Assembly: GCA_013115125.1 (NCBI GenBank)
Contig: JABANN010000024.1
Span: forward strand, 62,001-121,783
Direction of reading: 5' to 3'
DNA from: Perkinsus olseni
Lineage: Eukaryota
Length of the DNA: 59,783 bases
Positions within the stretch are counted from its first letter, which is position 1. The number at the start of each line of letters is the position of its first letter. Under the pieces are notes generated by a model, which was given only the letters and a program-made list of their open reading frames with translations, did not search any database and was not told the DNA's origin. Positions 1 to 13,127 of this stretch are shown here, in pieces. Both the position numbers and the translations under genes were made by a program.

Positions 1-2684
1 GAGTTGTCGTCATACGATGTCCGAGAGAGCGCTTGAGGGAACGCTCTATCCACGACGTCACCGATTTCATCGCATCCCCAGCCCGGCATGATGCTCCAGA
101 AGACTCAGGCCGGCAAGAGAAGTTCATCCAGCGGCCGTTGGGGCTGACAATGAAGCCAGCCCAAGCGATGCTACCGCCGCTGTCCGCCGTTGCTGTCTTA
201 TGCGCACTGGGCCAACTAAAGACGAAAGACGCGATACGTGAACACGCTGGTATCTCCCAAGTTCAGAGTCTTATATCCTCGAGAACATCACCACGAAAGG
301 ACAACAAGCCATTCATCGCGTGCCCGAACTTATTGGATCATGCACTTGAAGCCGAACGCTCTAGAGGACCGACGACAGAGGAGATCGAGCTCTCCCACTT
401 ACTTGCTCTTGACGACTTCCAAAGACTTCGACACCTGCTCCTCCATACCAACCAAAAGGCCATCATCAACCAGCCTGGCGGTGAATAGCGGGGCATCCAG
501 CAGAGGGTCAGAGGTCCCCAGGGCCAAGGAGCAGAGCACCGGCGACAAAGTTCCTCCCTGGACCAGACCTTTGCCATCGAAAGTGTACCGGCCGTGGGGG
601 AGGACGAGCTCGACGTTATTCAAGATTCTTTTCACCCGATCCATGGTCGCTGATTTCAGTGCCACCTTCAAGAGAGTGTTCGGCAACAGTATAAGGACCC
701 TACGCGGGTGCTTCGCGGGCAGCCCGACTTCCTGAGTCACAGCATGGCCTTTGTACAACTTGAGGACTTTGAGGGACTCGATTGGCCTCTCTAGCCGGTT
801 GAGTGCTGCAAGCACGTCCTCATGCCTGATATTCTCGTAGCAGTTCTTGAGATCATAGACGCCCACCCGAAGGCTGTCCCCGGGGAACTTTCGGACGAAC
901 TCCTCGAGCTCACCCGCTCGCTGGTCTCGGTCGAGCACTGATCGACCGAGGGAACCAGAGAATTTAATTGGTCTTATCAGCTCACGGTGGCACACTCGGC
1001 CAGACGACTGGTAGTTCTTGGGAGGCACAGCTATCGGCCGCATGCCGCCCTTGGTCTTCGGTATCCAGCGAACACGACACGAGTTCCCACTTCGGCGTCT
1101 CTTCCGGATGCTTCTTCTGACAGGCGGAGTCGCTGTCGTACTGCTCTTCATGGGCATCAGAGACAGTCCATATCCGCTGAATGCTGTGCTGAGATTATCC
1201 GGGGAGCCATCTCGGATTTCTTCAGGAGAGTCGGGCGCTGAGTCACTGTGAGAAGATAGGCCAGCAGGTAGCGAACTCCCAGGTGACTCTATTTTGGCGG
1301 AGTCCGAACACTGTGAAATACCACTGGACGTCGCGGATGCACGAGGCTCATCTTCAACTCGCTTTAGCCCAACATGAGCAACGTATCCTCGCGCTGCTCT
1401 CGCACAGAGTGCACTCCAATCTGGCTTGTAGAAGTAATGCAGTCGACCTGCAACTCTCTTGTCCTGAACTTCCGTCACGTAGAAGCACATGCGGGTGATT
1501 GGTAAGACAACATCGTCGAAGATGAACCATACCATCTCGGCCAGATAAAGTTGGGCTGTCTTCTGTGATACGCTAGTGAACCCGCGAGTCTGCATGCCGC
1601 AAGTAAGGCTTCGCAGCCCGATGGTCTCCCCAACTCGCAGGGCATAACACTTTCTCACATTCTGAAGGACAATCTTGCGGTTCTTCTCAGAACCAAGGAG
1701 CCCCTGCGGCATAGTCTCCGCTAGGATTTGTACAACAACACGAGAGGCCTCATGCGGTTCAACTTGGAATTCCTCAATGGCCTTGATTTGCTGGAAGACG
1801 TAGGCGTCCCTCAGTCCCTTGAAGCGACCATCGCTCTGCCAGTGGCCCAGCAGCTCCAGTGCCCGATTCCTCAGGCCGCTGCCAAGAGTAGACAGAAACT
1901 GCGTAACAGCCCCGAGTGGCAGGTCAGCGAAATCGTCCCTGCTCGTCAGCTGTTCTGGGAATAGTTTCCAAGGATCACGCTCCCCTAATCGAGAAGCCTG
2001 GCCTTGAGCTTCAGAAGACTCCGAATTTCGCCGATTCAACCGTAGACGCTTGGCCGGTGGCATCTTCTTTCCTCGCTGGAAAACTTGTGGGCTGTAGAGC
2101 ACAGCACTCCACTCAAGGTTCCTATCCGGCTTTCCGCCCGTCTCGGTTGATGGTGACGGGGATGCGGTGCGCTTTAGTTGTGGGGGCAAAGATTTTAAGT
2201 GACCGAAGAGAGCGATGATATTAGAGGAATCCGTGTCGGGCTGTACCAGCACGAAGCAAGCGTTAGCACCGGCGATGAGGTCGAAGGCGAGCTCGCTGCC
2301 GAAGGCTTGAGTCATGGCCCGACACGTTGCCACTGCGATACCCCTCCACGCATCTCTGCTCGGTGTTACCCCGGCTTGAGTGATACGGTGATAAAGTCCA
2401 TTGGCATCATGAGCCACTCCAGATGCATCCATCAGAGTCTCCCAGTCGATTGCTATTGGACGGTGTGGGAACAGAATGATTTGCCCTGACGAACCTCGAC
2501 ATGTGACGAAGGAGAAGTGATGAAGGCACTCACCTAGGACGGCCAGCAGATGCATATTGTCCGGCAGTGTCTTCATAGAGATGGCACAGAGTCGGGCTAG
2601 AAGAGCGGCCGCCGTCATCGATGGCTCGGTGGTCGAAGTGGACATCAGTCTGCAGGCTTCGTTAAGCTGATTGTGTGTTACCAT
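1..2684 (-). CDS. TERT: Telomerase reverse transcriptase, 3' end beyond the window. Exon 2684-403, intron 402-216, exon 215-<1.
   Basis: TRBD QFP-like block (ILAETMPQGLLGSEKNRKIVLQNV), T motif (CFYVTE..RLHYFYKPDW), motifs 1/2 (RVRWIPKTKGGMRPI), A (VYDLKNCYENI), B' (GLVQGGTLSPVLCSL) and C (RLVDDGLLV). Splicing GTAAGT (402) to TTTAG (216) continues in frame as NWPSAHKT..SIAWAGFIVS, giving motifs D and E. Confidence 0.93.
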
Positions 2685-4242
2685 TATTCATAGAAACAAC
2701 TGGGTCTATGAGGGCGAGGAGTGCCTTTAAATACCACATCACATTCCCTCGAGCACGATAGCGAGAGGTCCCTCGTCGCAGCTCTTCAATTGGAGTAGAG
2801 TATATGGAAGGGCTCACACCGCGAGAAGGGGCGTATATCGGAGATAGGAGGCTCAAGTAACATATCCTAGGACTCGGCATATCAGCCTTAGGAGATGTTA
2901 CGGTCCGTGATGCTGCATCACTGATGCATAGAGCCCCGAATCCGAGACGACCCAGTAACGTGTCCCCTCCGTGTTGTGCTCGCCCTTTAATTGACCCTCC
3001 GCTAAACGAAACTCCCGGGAGAGAGAGAAACATCATAAACGGTGAACGAGCAATGATCGACTTCGACGCTGAAGTAAATAGTGTCGGATCTCTCCGGATG
3101 ACCACAATAACGAACCGTCGAAGGTTACGGGCACGAATGCACAGGAGAATCCTCGTTTCGCGTCCTCCGCTCCAGGGCTGCGATTGTTCCCAATTCTCTG
3201 GCGGGCCTGTGTCACGCCGATTTCGTTGGGCAGCATTTTGGACCAAATTATTCGGTTGCTACCACGATTCTACAAAGACAACCTATCAGGCTGGCAGTTG
3301 TACTCCTCTGGGGACGGCTTCGTGCAGCCCGAGTCAGAGAAGAGAGATCGTCATAACGCAGAGGAGTTCTACTCTGGAGAAGAGGAAGCTTTCTTCCTGT
3401 CATAGGGACTGGAGTGATAGGCTTGACATCTTCGTGCTCGTAGTGCTCACCATTTTCTGACAGATGTGCAGCGACAGCCCTAAGCTCGAAGCACGATAGC
3501 TGGCGAAAGGCTGTTGCACCGCAGTTATTCCCTAGCTGGTATTTTGTCTCTTTCCGCACTGTTAGATGAGCTTGCCGACGACATGGTTGCTCGACGCAGA
3601 GGCAGCCCGCGTCGACGGGGGCGTCACGTCACGCGTCGCATGACGCGTGCATGCGTGCCGGAAGGGCGTCACCCACAAGGCGGCGACCTGGATCTGTTCA
3701 GGGCGCTACGTGAGTTCTTCGCCAGCATACTATGTCTCCCGCTCACCCATCAAATGAGAGTCGCTTAGTGAGACCTTCCTATTGAGTAGAGTTCTCGCAA
3801 GTGGAACCCGTGTGGCTAACCAGAGAGTCCTGAACTGTTGGATCAGGGACACAGTCCCTCGCCCTTGAGATCGCGGAATACGGGCTGAGCTTTTGTCTGC
3901 ATGGTTGATGGGTGAAATAGGAGTCGCGTAGTTTCGCCCTCTCATCATCCAGAGTAGCGCAGCTCCGGCGAACCGTCGTTCAGGTCCTCCCTGGGTGATT
4001 CTCGCCTCTGCGCTGCAGCTCTCTGTTGTGAAACGCCGTGCTTGATGAGTTGAGCCTGCACGCGTCACTGAGTGACGCGGTCTCCCGCCAACCGGTCGTG
4101 GCTCTGTTACGCGGCTGCTCCTCGTGAAAGCTTTGTGCTCACCTCTGCTCCCAAGCCCAGAAGTCATTCTCCTCTGGGAGCGGCGCCGGTACTGATTGAT
4201 GCAATTGATACAACAGCAGTTTTTATTCCTTCAACCATAGTC

Positions 4243-4458
4243 ATGGCCCGCTACGCAACATGGATCGTTCTCATCCTCAGCTCGGCGGAGCGCTTCAACT
4301 GCGAGCCGGACAACCTCCGAGCGCTTGACTCGTCTAACTGCAACTGGTGCAAGTTCTGTTATGGAGGGTCCTTCATTCCCGGCGTGATGCTCTTCTGTGA
4401 AGGCACTGTTCTGGGTTGCAGTATTGGTACGGAACAGTGCAAGAGATGTTGCAAGTGA
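4243..4458 (+). CDS. Small secreted cysteine-rich peptide precursor, copy 1 (71 aa)
   Basis: MARYATWIVLILSSA..NLRALDSSN-CNWCKFCYGGSFIPGVMLFCEGTVLGCSIGTEQCKRCCK*. Paralog at 4875 conserves the Cys frame. Confidence 0.75.
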   Translation: MARYATWIVLILSSAERFNCEPDNLRALDSSNCNWCKFCYGGSFIPGVMLFCEGTVLGCSIGTEQCKRCCK

Positions 4459-4874
4459 ATACTCATACATCACTGGAGTTACTGTTAAACGCCTGTCAGC
4501 CCGTTCGTTGTCTCTGCTGTACTCAACCCTGCGAAAAGCCATCTCGTTTTATCTCCGACTATCGGAGTTTCTCTATTCTCACCAACACCCTTAAGGGAGC
4601 CTTCATGAGCAGGCGAGAGAGGGTTTTACAGATTTCCGTCTTCCTGCTCACTTCTATATCTTCAACCCTGTCTCACACAGCCACCCGGTATTGAGTGTCA
4701 GTGAGAACCAAATTTACCCAGGGGGAGCGTACGCTACTGTATCGAAACTGTACGACAATAACGCACTCATTGAGTCTTGCTAGACCACCTGGTCACACTC
4801 TGCGGGAGGCATACCTGTTGCATAGGATGACTGAATCATTATCACTTATAGTGTTGATTATTCCGCCTTCCTCA

Positions 4875-5096
4875 ATGACAACCTCTACACTATGGATCGT
4901 TCTTGCCTTCACTTTGAAGGAGTACGTCGTCAACAGCAGGGAGCACAACATTCGTGCAACGAGCTCGTCGTCTACCTGCAACTGGTGCAAGTTCTGTTAT
5001 GGTGGATGCTACATTCCGGGCTTGATCCTCTTCTGTGAAGGCACGCTGGTGTATTGCAGCATTGGCACAGAACAGTGCGCGAGATGCTGCCCGTGA
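4875..5096 (+). CDS. Small secreted cysteine-rich peptide precursor, copy 2 (73 aa)
   Basis: MTTSTLWIVLAFTL..NIRATSSSST-CNWCKFCYGGCYIPGLILFCEGTLVYCSIGTEQCARCCP*. Tandem paralog of 4243-4458. Confidence 0.75.
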   Translation: MTTSTLWIVLAFTLKEYVVNSREHNIRATSSSSTCNWCKFCYGGCYIPGLILFCEGTLVYCSIGTEQCARCCP

Positions 5097-5966
5097 AAAC
5101 TATCAAGTTGCACTAACGCTACCCGATGAAGCAACTATTGTTTACGCTTCTCCCCCATTTGTATTTGTCCGTGCTAACTCGCGACAGGATAGCTTGCTTA
5201 TCCTGATTCCAGCTTTATTGAAGCAACTCCAGTCTCACTCGCTCCCGCCCCTTAGCGCAAGCCTGCAAAGCTGGTGAGCGACAAAGATCGCAATACCTTG
5301 CTCTGCCCGTCGTGATCCTCGTCGATCCGGGAAGGCGAGTACTCAGAGATTCGACGACTTTGGAATTGATTTTCACCTCGGCTAACCTCACCATATTGAG
5401 TTATAGTGCGAATTGATTTCTGCGTGGATCGACAAGGGCTTGCCGCTGTTGTGATGCTTCTGCTGCGGATTTGAGATACCGTGGCAAGGAGGGGCTCATC
5501 TCGTTCTAATAGAGATGCAGACACACCGCGCTACGACAATGAGCGAAGATTTCCTCTCTAGTAAGCTAGACAACCTTGTAGAAAATTTGCTGCAACTGGC
5601 GAACGAGGAACACGGATGTTCACCACCGTAGCGGAAGATGAGATCTGCACTGGTCGGAAGCACTCACGCTTAGCTGGAACATACTGAGGCGGATCCTATC
5701 ACGGTGGACCAGTTATACAGGGCTCGCCAAGGCTTTCATCCATACGACACATAAATCTTTTGAGTACGGGTCCGTATTGCCTCCGGCCTTGAACTGCTGT
5801 AGGAAAGGCATGATGTAGATGGGACCTAGTCTAAAGGCAGGCTTAGTCGAGAGCACACAACATAACCAAGGACCCAGTTAAAGTCCTGCCCGGCTTCTGA
5901 ATTCACACTGGAAACGCAGCTGGCCAACGGCAAGTAGAGATGCAGTTTGTCATTAGTTTATCCGGG

Positions 5967-8900
5967 CTAATTCTCAGTCTCTTGCAGGGCGTCAGCAGCT
6001 CGCCTCTTCCTTCCTCTTGCATTCTGGCTGCCAGCGGCGACACCCGGGGACCTCGACGCCGCAACACTGGAGCCTCGTAGTTCTGTCCTGGACACGGCCG
6101 ATGTTCCATCAACGAAGCGAGTGCCTGAGGGCAGGCGCAGAAGCTACCCTCCGAAGACTACTAAAGCACGAGAACTACGGAAAAGGACGTTCGCGTTGTT
6201 AAACATGCCATCCTTCAGACTGACGATGATGAACTGAGCTTGGGGGAAGTATTCCTTGATCATTCTACCAATGTTAGTAGTATGGCTAACGTCGAGGGCC
6301 GCATCCACCTCATCGAGAATATACCTACTGAGACTTTCCGCGAAGAGCAGGAACGTTCCATGCTACATTGGGGCAGGATTGAATTTGAGAAGGGCGAGCA
6401 CCAGTGAGAGAGCAAGCAGCGATTTTTGACCACCGCTCAACTCGGACAGAGACTCCTTCCACACTGAGCCCAGTTGGACCTGAGAATGGGTGGTAACTGA
6501 TAGAAATGAGGTTTGGAGAAATACCTTCAACTCGAGGCCCTCCAACTGAGTCATTCCCTGTGGCGGAGACAGCTTCGCGTTAACGTTCGGTAGCAGAGAA
6601 CGGAAGATACCACCGAACCACTTGTTAACCTGGGCCAACCAAATTCGTTCCATCGTACGAGGCTGTAAGAGCGATAGCTCACTTGGTGCACAGTTCGGGT
6701 AAGCTCCTCGCTCTTGCGGTCATCGAGGCTATCCCGGAAGCGCTAACAGAAGCACCGCCTTCATCTCAACGTGGCCGAACTAATGACAACCTCGTCACCT
6801 ACCTCGATTTCAAGCTTCTCTGCCAATGTTGTCTCCTTGTCAGCCAGGAGTTTCTGCGCTGCGACTTTAGACTGCTCGTACTGCATGCCTGCAAGATATC
6901 AACCTCCACAGAACTGCTGATGGTATGACACCTTCACCTGCTTTCTTGTTCAGATCACGACCGGCCTCTTTCTGATCTTTCTCGTATTGTGCTAGCCTAA
7001 GGACGACAAGTACAGAAGCAGTCACCACGACGGGCTTCCGTACTGTCTCTGGCTCTGACGCAAGTCGAGCTCCGAAGCATCAAAGTCCCACTCCGAGCCA
7101 GCGACCCCGAACTCGGACTTCTCTCGACTGATCCATGGTCGATCGCCCTCCAGCTTCTCCAGCTGAGGACGAGCAAAGATTTAGCCTCTCGAGAATCATA
7201 CCAACCCTCAAGGCAAAGCATTTGCTATCAACGACTCACTCGACTCCTCGTTGCGTTGAGTGCTCCTTGCAGTTCTGATAATCCCTTGGTCTGTTTTTTC
7301 ACCTACAGGAAACCCCTCTCAAAGATACACGGCGAAGCAGCAATATCCACCTCCGACTCCGCGGTCGCTTTAGCCTCCTTCAGGTCCACTAACTTGTTCT
7401 CCAGAGCGTCAATATCATCCTGTATGGCCTGCAAAGGAGCTACCCATTCGTAAACACCACCAGAGAGAACCAGCCTCGCCTGTCTGCTCTGGTTCATTCC
7501 AGCCAGCTTGTCTTCGATCGCCTGATGCTTCTCCTTGCTCCGGTTGTGGGCCGTCTGAGCCATACTGTGTATGAGTTCATCGGGGGAGTGGAAGGGAACT
7601 CACCTGGAGACCTCCGAGCTCCTCCCTCATCTCTTCCAAAGTCTGACCCGACATGCTGGCCTCCAGAGCCTCGACATCCTGACAAAGCGAATCAGCGAAT
7701 CAGCGAACCAGAGGTGACAAGCAGACCCTATTTTGGCAGAGGCAAGTACACCATTTCCAGACCAAATTAGTAAAACCCCACAGCAAGTTAATAAAACCCC
7801 GGAGCAATTTGATAGAGCCCAGACCTACTTAGTAAAACCCCAGAGCAAATTAGTAATGGTGTAGTTAGAGTGAGAGTCCATCACTCCCATCCTGGCATTA
7901 TAAACGCACGACGAAGGACGAGGCGGTCTACTTATTGCCCACCTACTCTACACTGTTTCAGAGCAGCAGGAAACGTGACTACTATCAACCTACCCGTACC
8001 GACTACCCGGAGAACCTCCCACAACAAGTCCTTTCATCAAACATCATACTCAAACCAAACTATGCGCGAAGGCGAAACAAAAGAGCCGTCCAACAGTCGC
8101 TATTACCCGTTCGATCGACTCTTTTTCCATCTCCATATCGCCAACCTTCGCCGCTTGCGCCTCTTGCTGGCTTCGTAAGCGGTTCTCCTCAGTCTTCACT
8201 CGTTCGATCTCGTCCTTCAGCTTCTGAAAATGGTCAACAACAACGTCCATGCTGGCGCGTCGGGGACCTCCCAATAAAACTGCCGCTGTCATTATCGTCA
8301 GCCTCATAGAATTCGCATATTCAAATTAGATTTGAGACCTTCAGGCTCTCAAGGCGAACTCGGGCAAGGGGATTGAAAAGTCGTGAAAACTCGCTTGCAG
8401 GGAACGAGAGGAGAAGTTGGGATTCCGGTTGCCAACGACACACCACTACCAGTGAGCACCAGCCACCGGGCATACCGTGATACTGCCTCACTCTACTCTA
8501 GCCTCGGTATCAAGGGTGATGAGAAATCTTGGCCACTTCCGCACCGAAGCCGCTTGGCGGTCACGATCGAGATGACCCAGCGATGAAGCTACCTACTCTG
8601 ATTTGTTCTTCCTGGTTGCCTCCAAGGCTTGCTACTTCCTCCTGCAACCGATCCACATCGGCCGCCAGACGCTCCTTCTCTACCTATCCGCAACAACAGC
8701 AGCCATCACGTCGTGTGGTTGCAAGCCAATGAGCTCAAGGTCCACAACCGAGATAATTCTGTCCAACCGTCGAGGGCCCAGGGCGAGCCGCTCAACTTAG
8801 GCTCGGCCCTCCGATAATCCAATACTTCCCCATGAACGCCATTACACTACTCACTGCTTACTTCCAGCTCCCCTATCGACTTCTCGTGCTCTTCAATTTG

Positions 8901-11900
8901 AGCATTCAGTTCCTCTATCTCTTGGTGCAGTGCATGATACGGATGACCTATCCAAGGTCACCCATGCATTCCGCAAGACTAAAGATACGCCTACTTCTAA
9001 TTCTGCATGAAACACTACCCAACTGAGTGTCGAGGTCGCGGTGCTCACGGTCGAGATTATCCCACGCCTGAAGCGCATCGCCTCGTTAAAGGCTCGAGCT
9101 TGGCAGAAGCCCAGTAGGCCACCGACCCCTTTGGATTTCTGATGCCTGCTAATCTCCACATTCAACTGCTCTATCTCGCCATTCAGCTGCCTCTCCTCCT
9201 TACAACGAGAGAAGTGCTCCTAACAAGCTTAAAAATACGGTTCCCCCGTAACCAGCAGCGGCAGACGCCTCCGTGAACTCACGCAGAGTGTCCTCAGTAC
9301 GCTGTACTCGTTACCGCCAGAGCTGCTACCTCCTGTGAGACTCCCGGACGGGTCATAGGAGTCGCCATCCCTAGTCACGGACTTGGCCCTCACCTGAGAG
9401 CACTCTACCGACCGAGAGAAGCCGGAAGCGATACATACCTGAGGATGGAAGGTGACGGCCTTGCCGGTATCGGAGGTATCGCAGAGGAAGGTCGCACCGA
9501 AAAGATACCTGTGGGAGAAGGACGGTGCCCAGCAAGGACGTCAACGGTCAACGCACTTACTCCACAACCTTGGTGTAGCACTCCGGGCAGTCCACGGCCT
9601 CCAGCGCAGGTATGCACTCTCCCTCTACGCTAGCCGCAGCACTCCCTGCAAGAAGGCGGATGATGTAGCTCCGTGAACGAGATCGACTTACTCGCCCCGG
9701 CCAGCTGTTGCGGCGTGGGCACCCTCGTCTGTATCTTCGACAGCGGTACGAAGTTCTGCCGCCGCCTCATTTGCTGAACAGCACAGTGCCACCCAAGAGG
9801 GAGAAAAATAGTATCACCCTACCCGGCTTCCGGGGTCAGACATCAGCACCTTCGCCGTCTGAGGATCGTCAACGCAAATGTGGTACAGCCTTGAGCCTGA
9901 GTATCGACCAATCTGTAACTCGCAGGAGCGGCCCGGACACTCTCACCAGCGGCCACTTCCAAAGCCTTCGCGTATTCAGCATACTCCGGCTTCACGTCGA
10001 ACAGCTTGGCACAGACACCCTTCACTCTGGACCTGCAATCGACCACTAAAGACAGTGACTGAGAAGGGGCCGTCCTACCTATCGAATCCCCCAGGGGAAT
10101 CGTACTGAAACTCAACTCTGTTGCGAACCTCCGAGTACAGCCGTTGCTTGTCCTCAATGAGCCGTTCCAAGCGAGCTTCCAACCTCCCGAGCTCGTTACG
10201 CAGGTCCCGGAACCTGTCGCGGAGGTGCCAGATAGATGGCGACCGGAACCTTACTTGTCTCTGTCGTATCCGGTCGCTGCCTTCTTCTCATTCATCTCCT
10301 CAATTCTCTTCTCAAGAGCCTCCTTCTCCTTCATCATCCGCGACCAGTCCTTCTTCTCCCCCGACCCTTTGATCTCATCCCTCCTTCTCCGCTTCGAAAC
10401 AATCTGAGAACGGTGACACTATGGACAGCAGCTGGATTATCCAGTGTTCTCGACAGCAACGGGAGTGGAAGGAGCTACATCCTCCTTGCAGATTTTCAGG
10501 TCCTCTATAGCACGTTCGTAATCATACTTGGCCTGTATGAACTGCTCATTGACCGACTGCTCGCCGCCGCCAGCTCCTGAGCTCATCAAACCAGGCACCT
10601 CAGTCGACACTTCGCAGCCCGATAACACACTCAGGATAAGGCTGAAATTATCTTATCGGTCTCAGTAGAACCAAAGAAACAACCGCAACGACTATTGATT
10701 ATTATTCCAATTCGACAATAATGTAAAATTTGACCGATGCTCACCAACGTCCCCAATCCCATTCGATATTCCGTTGAGCCTCTCGTGACATCTCTCCAAG
10801 GTCGCCTCGCAACCCTCCAACCTGACAAGCACAATGACTACCAGCAATTCACCTAATCAGGCTCGAGTTGGGAAGAGAATCTTTCCACGCTACGAGCGTC
10901 ATTGTCGCTAACGCTATTATATGGGAAAGACCTTACAGTAAGGTACAGAATATGAGGTCCTTACGGTAGGGGTCCTTACTCCCTCATCATCTTCTGTTGC
11001 TTCACCTCCTCCCTATCGTAGCACTTCTGCGCTTCTTCCAGCTCCTTCCGTTTCTCCACAAGCTGCTTCTCAACACCCTTCAGTCGCTCCTCCTCGGCCT
11101 TTATGTCATTTTCCTTGTTCTCAACCTGTTAATGGAAGCCCTCCGCCACCACCACGGACGATGTGCATGCGTGCGCAAGAGGCCGTCTTACCATCACTTG
11201 TGCCTTCACCACACTACGATTAGCTTCTTTAGCCTGAAGTATTGATACTGATGGAGTGAAGAGGTGCCAGGCGCTAACCTGTTCGTTGACTCTCGCAAAT
11301 TCCCCCTCCTGCTGCTGATCTATCCTCGCCTTCTTCTTCTTGCACTCCTCAATCTCCTCCCTTGTTTCTTCTCTGATGCAAGCGAACGAGCTCGAGACCG
11401 AAGATCAATGAACAAAATTGCCAGCAACGAATCCCGACGAGCAATGCCACCGAGGGTGGCCCACCGTAGAGTCAGACTAGAACCGCAACGGACGTCGACA
11501 GCTCGACTTGGTATCGCTTCGATAAGGCAACAGAAGTGGTCGGGCCCTGATCGTTACATGTCATTGTCACGTTCGAGCACCTCCTCCTGCTTGTCACGCA
11601 ACATCCCCTGCATCTCTCCAATCCGCCCCTCGTAGTCCCCTACAGACCGGCCGGGAATGACAAGACAACGCCACTGGCAGAACCCACTCTGCTGGCTTGT
11701 CATCTCATAGAACTCCCACGCCACCACGAATCGGCCAAGTCGTCCAATCTCAGCACTCGCCTTCGCCCAACGGTCATAATTCTCACTGGCAAGGAGGAGG
11801 TGCCGTTCTCTATGCAATGACACGCTTCACCTCTCCTTCTGCAGTTGCTCAAGCCTCGGAGTGAACTCTTCCCGCAATGTACGCTCAATTTCGGCCGCCT

Positions 11901-13127
11901 AACACCGCAACATCAGCACTTTACTCAGGCAAAATACTAAAACCGCCTTCGTCTCGACGACAGCTCCGGGAATGGGGGTAACACGGAAGAAGCCTGGAAC
12001 ACCCGTTGCTTGGTCCGTCTACCATTCGCATTTTAGACTCCACCTTTACTCCAGGTTCCCCTGTAACAGGTTATGCACACAAGCGTTCCACGATCCAGAG
12101 ACAGGCGCGCCGCTGTAAGGACGCTCGCCCGTGTGTACTCCCCCGCTTACTCTGGCTTCCTTGTTGCTTATTTTCTTTTCTGCCTGAGCTCGCTTCAAGT
12201 CGTACAGTTTAGTCCCAGCGGCCTCCTCCATCAGAGCTGACTCCAACCGCTGACGGCAGCGTAGAAGCCCTCGGCGGCCTACCTAGGATCTCGTCAGGCT
12301 TCATGTTAACAACTTTGTTTATTCGCCCCTGCATGATGAGGAAGTGGGGATTGTTCACGTTCAGCTTCACGGAGTGAAAAAGTGTGACCACGGCTTCCCG
12401 TTGAACATTTCGACCTTCCAAAGACCGCAAATCGGCGTATCCGAGGTCGATGCTGGCGGCTCACCGTTGATGATATAGCGGTTGCGTCCTCCTATCACCA
12501 CCTGCCGCGCTACGACAATCTTGTCACAATCCTCGTACTTCAACGGGCACTGCCGCTTGTCGCTGAAAAAAGGAGCTAGCCCACCTCCGACCACTGTCAT
12601 CCGAGCCTTTATGCTCGCGGCTCATTCCACTAAGGTCGAAATTTACAACCTAGGTCCGCGAACGATTTCCGAAAAACGCCCGCACATCCACAACACCCAA
12701 CCATAGTGGGGCCATATTATCCTGCTCTGACTACGAGTTTACGGCTATCACCCGAGAAAGTGCCAAGTCCCACCCTACGTATTATCGAAGGTGATCTCAA
12801 CGGTAGCCTTGGTAATCCCTGCCTGGCCCTGCTTATACACCAGCTCACTCAAGTTAGTAGCACGGACCTGCGTCCTACTCTAAGCAAGTAGTCCCCGACA
12901 GGGCAGCCCCACCTGTTTCAAGTTCGTTATCCCCATAACAAAGCATATAGAGTCAAGGATATTGGATTTGCCCGTCCCGTTGAGGCCCGTGATGGCGTTG
13001 AACTGCGGGTCGAATGGCCCAACCACAGTGTGGGCCGAGTAGCTGAGGAAGCGCCACTGACGGAGGGCGTACGATAGGCGGATAGTTACCTCTTGAAGCC
13101 GTCTATAACAACCTGGACGATGTGCAT
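5967..13127 (-). CDS. SMC2: Condensin subunit SMC2, multi-exon
   Basis: N-terminus [40 protein letters not shown] (Walker A); [18 protein letters not shown]; coiled-coil and hinge exons; signature [20 protein letters not shown]; Walker [12 protein letters not shown]; last exon RTRFVDGTS...ETEN* with stop at 5967. Confidence 0.95.
7764..7856. repeat. Degenerate ~21-bp minisatellite (about 4.5 units) in an SMC2 intron
   Basis: Units aattagtaaaaccccacagca / agttaataaaaccccggagca / atttgatagagccccagacct / acttagtaaaaccccagagca / aattagtaa. Confidence 0.8.

Noticed and set aside
399-2684. RT ORF as a retrotransposon or retron
   Set aside because: It has TERT-specific T and QFP motifs and a spliceosomal intron, with no endonuclease, integrase or LTRs.
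2685-5960. Telomerase RNA gene next to TERT
   Set aside because: No convincing template of about 1.5 telomeric repeats (e.g. CCCTAAACCC) was found by eye.
7764-7856. Interstitial telomeric repeat (AAAACCCC)
   Set aside because: The octamer occurs once per 21-bp unit rather than as a contiguous array.
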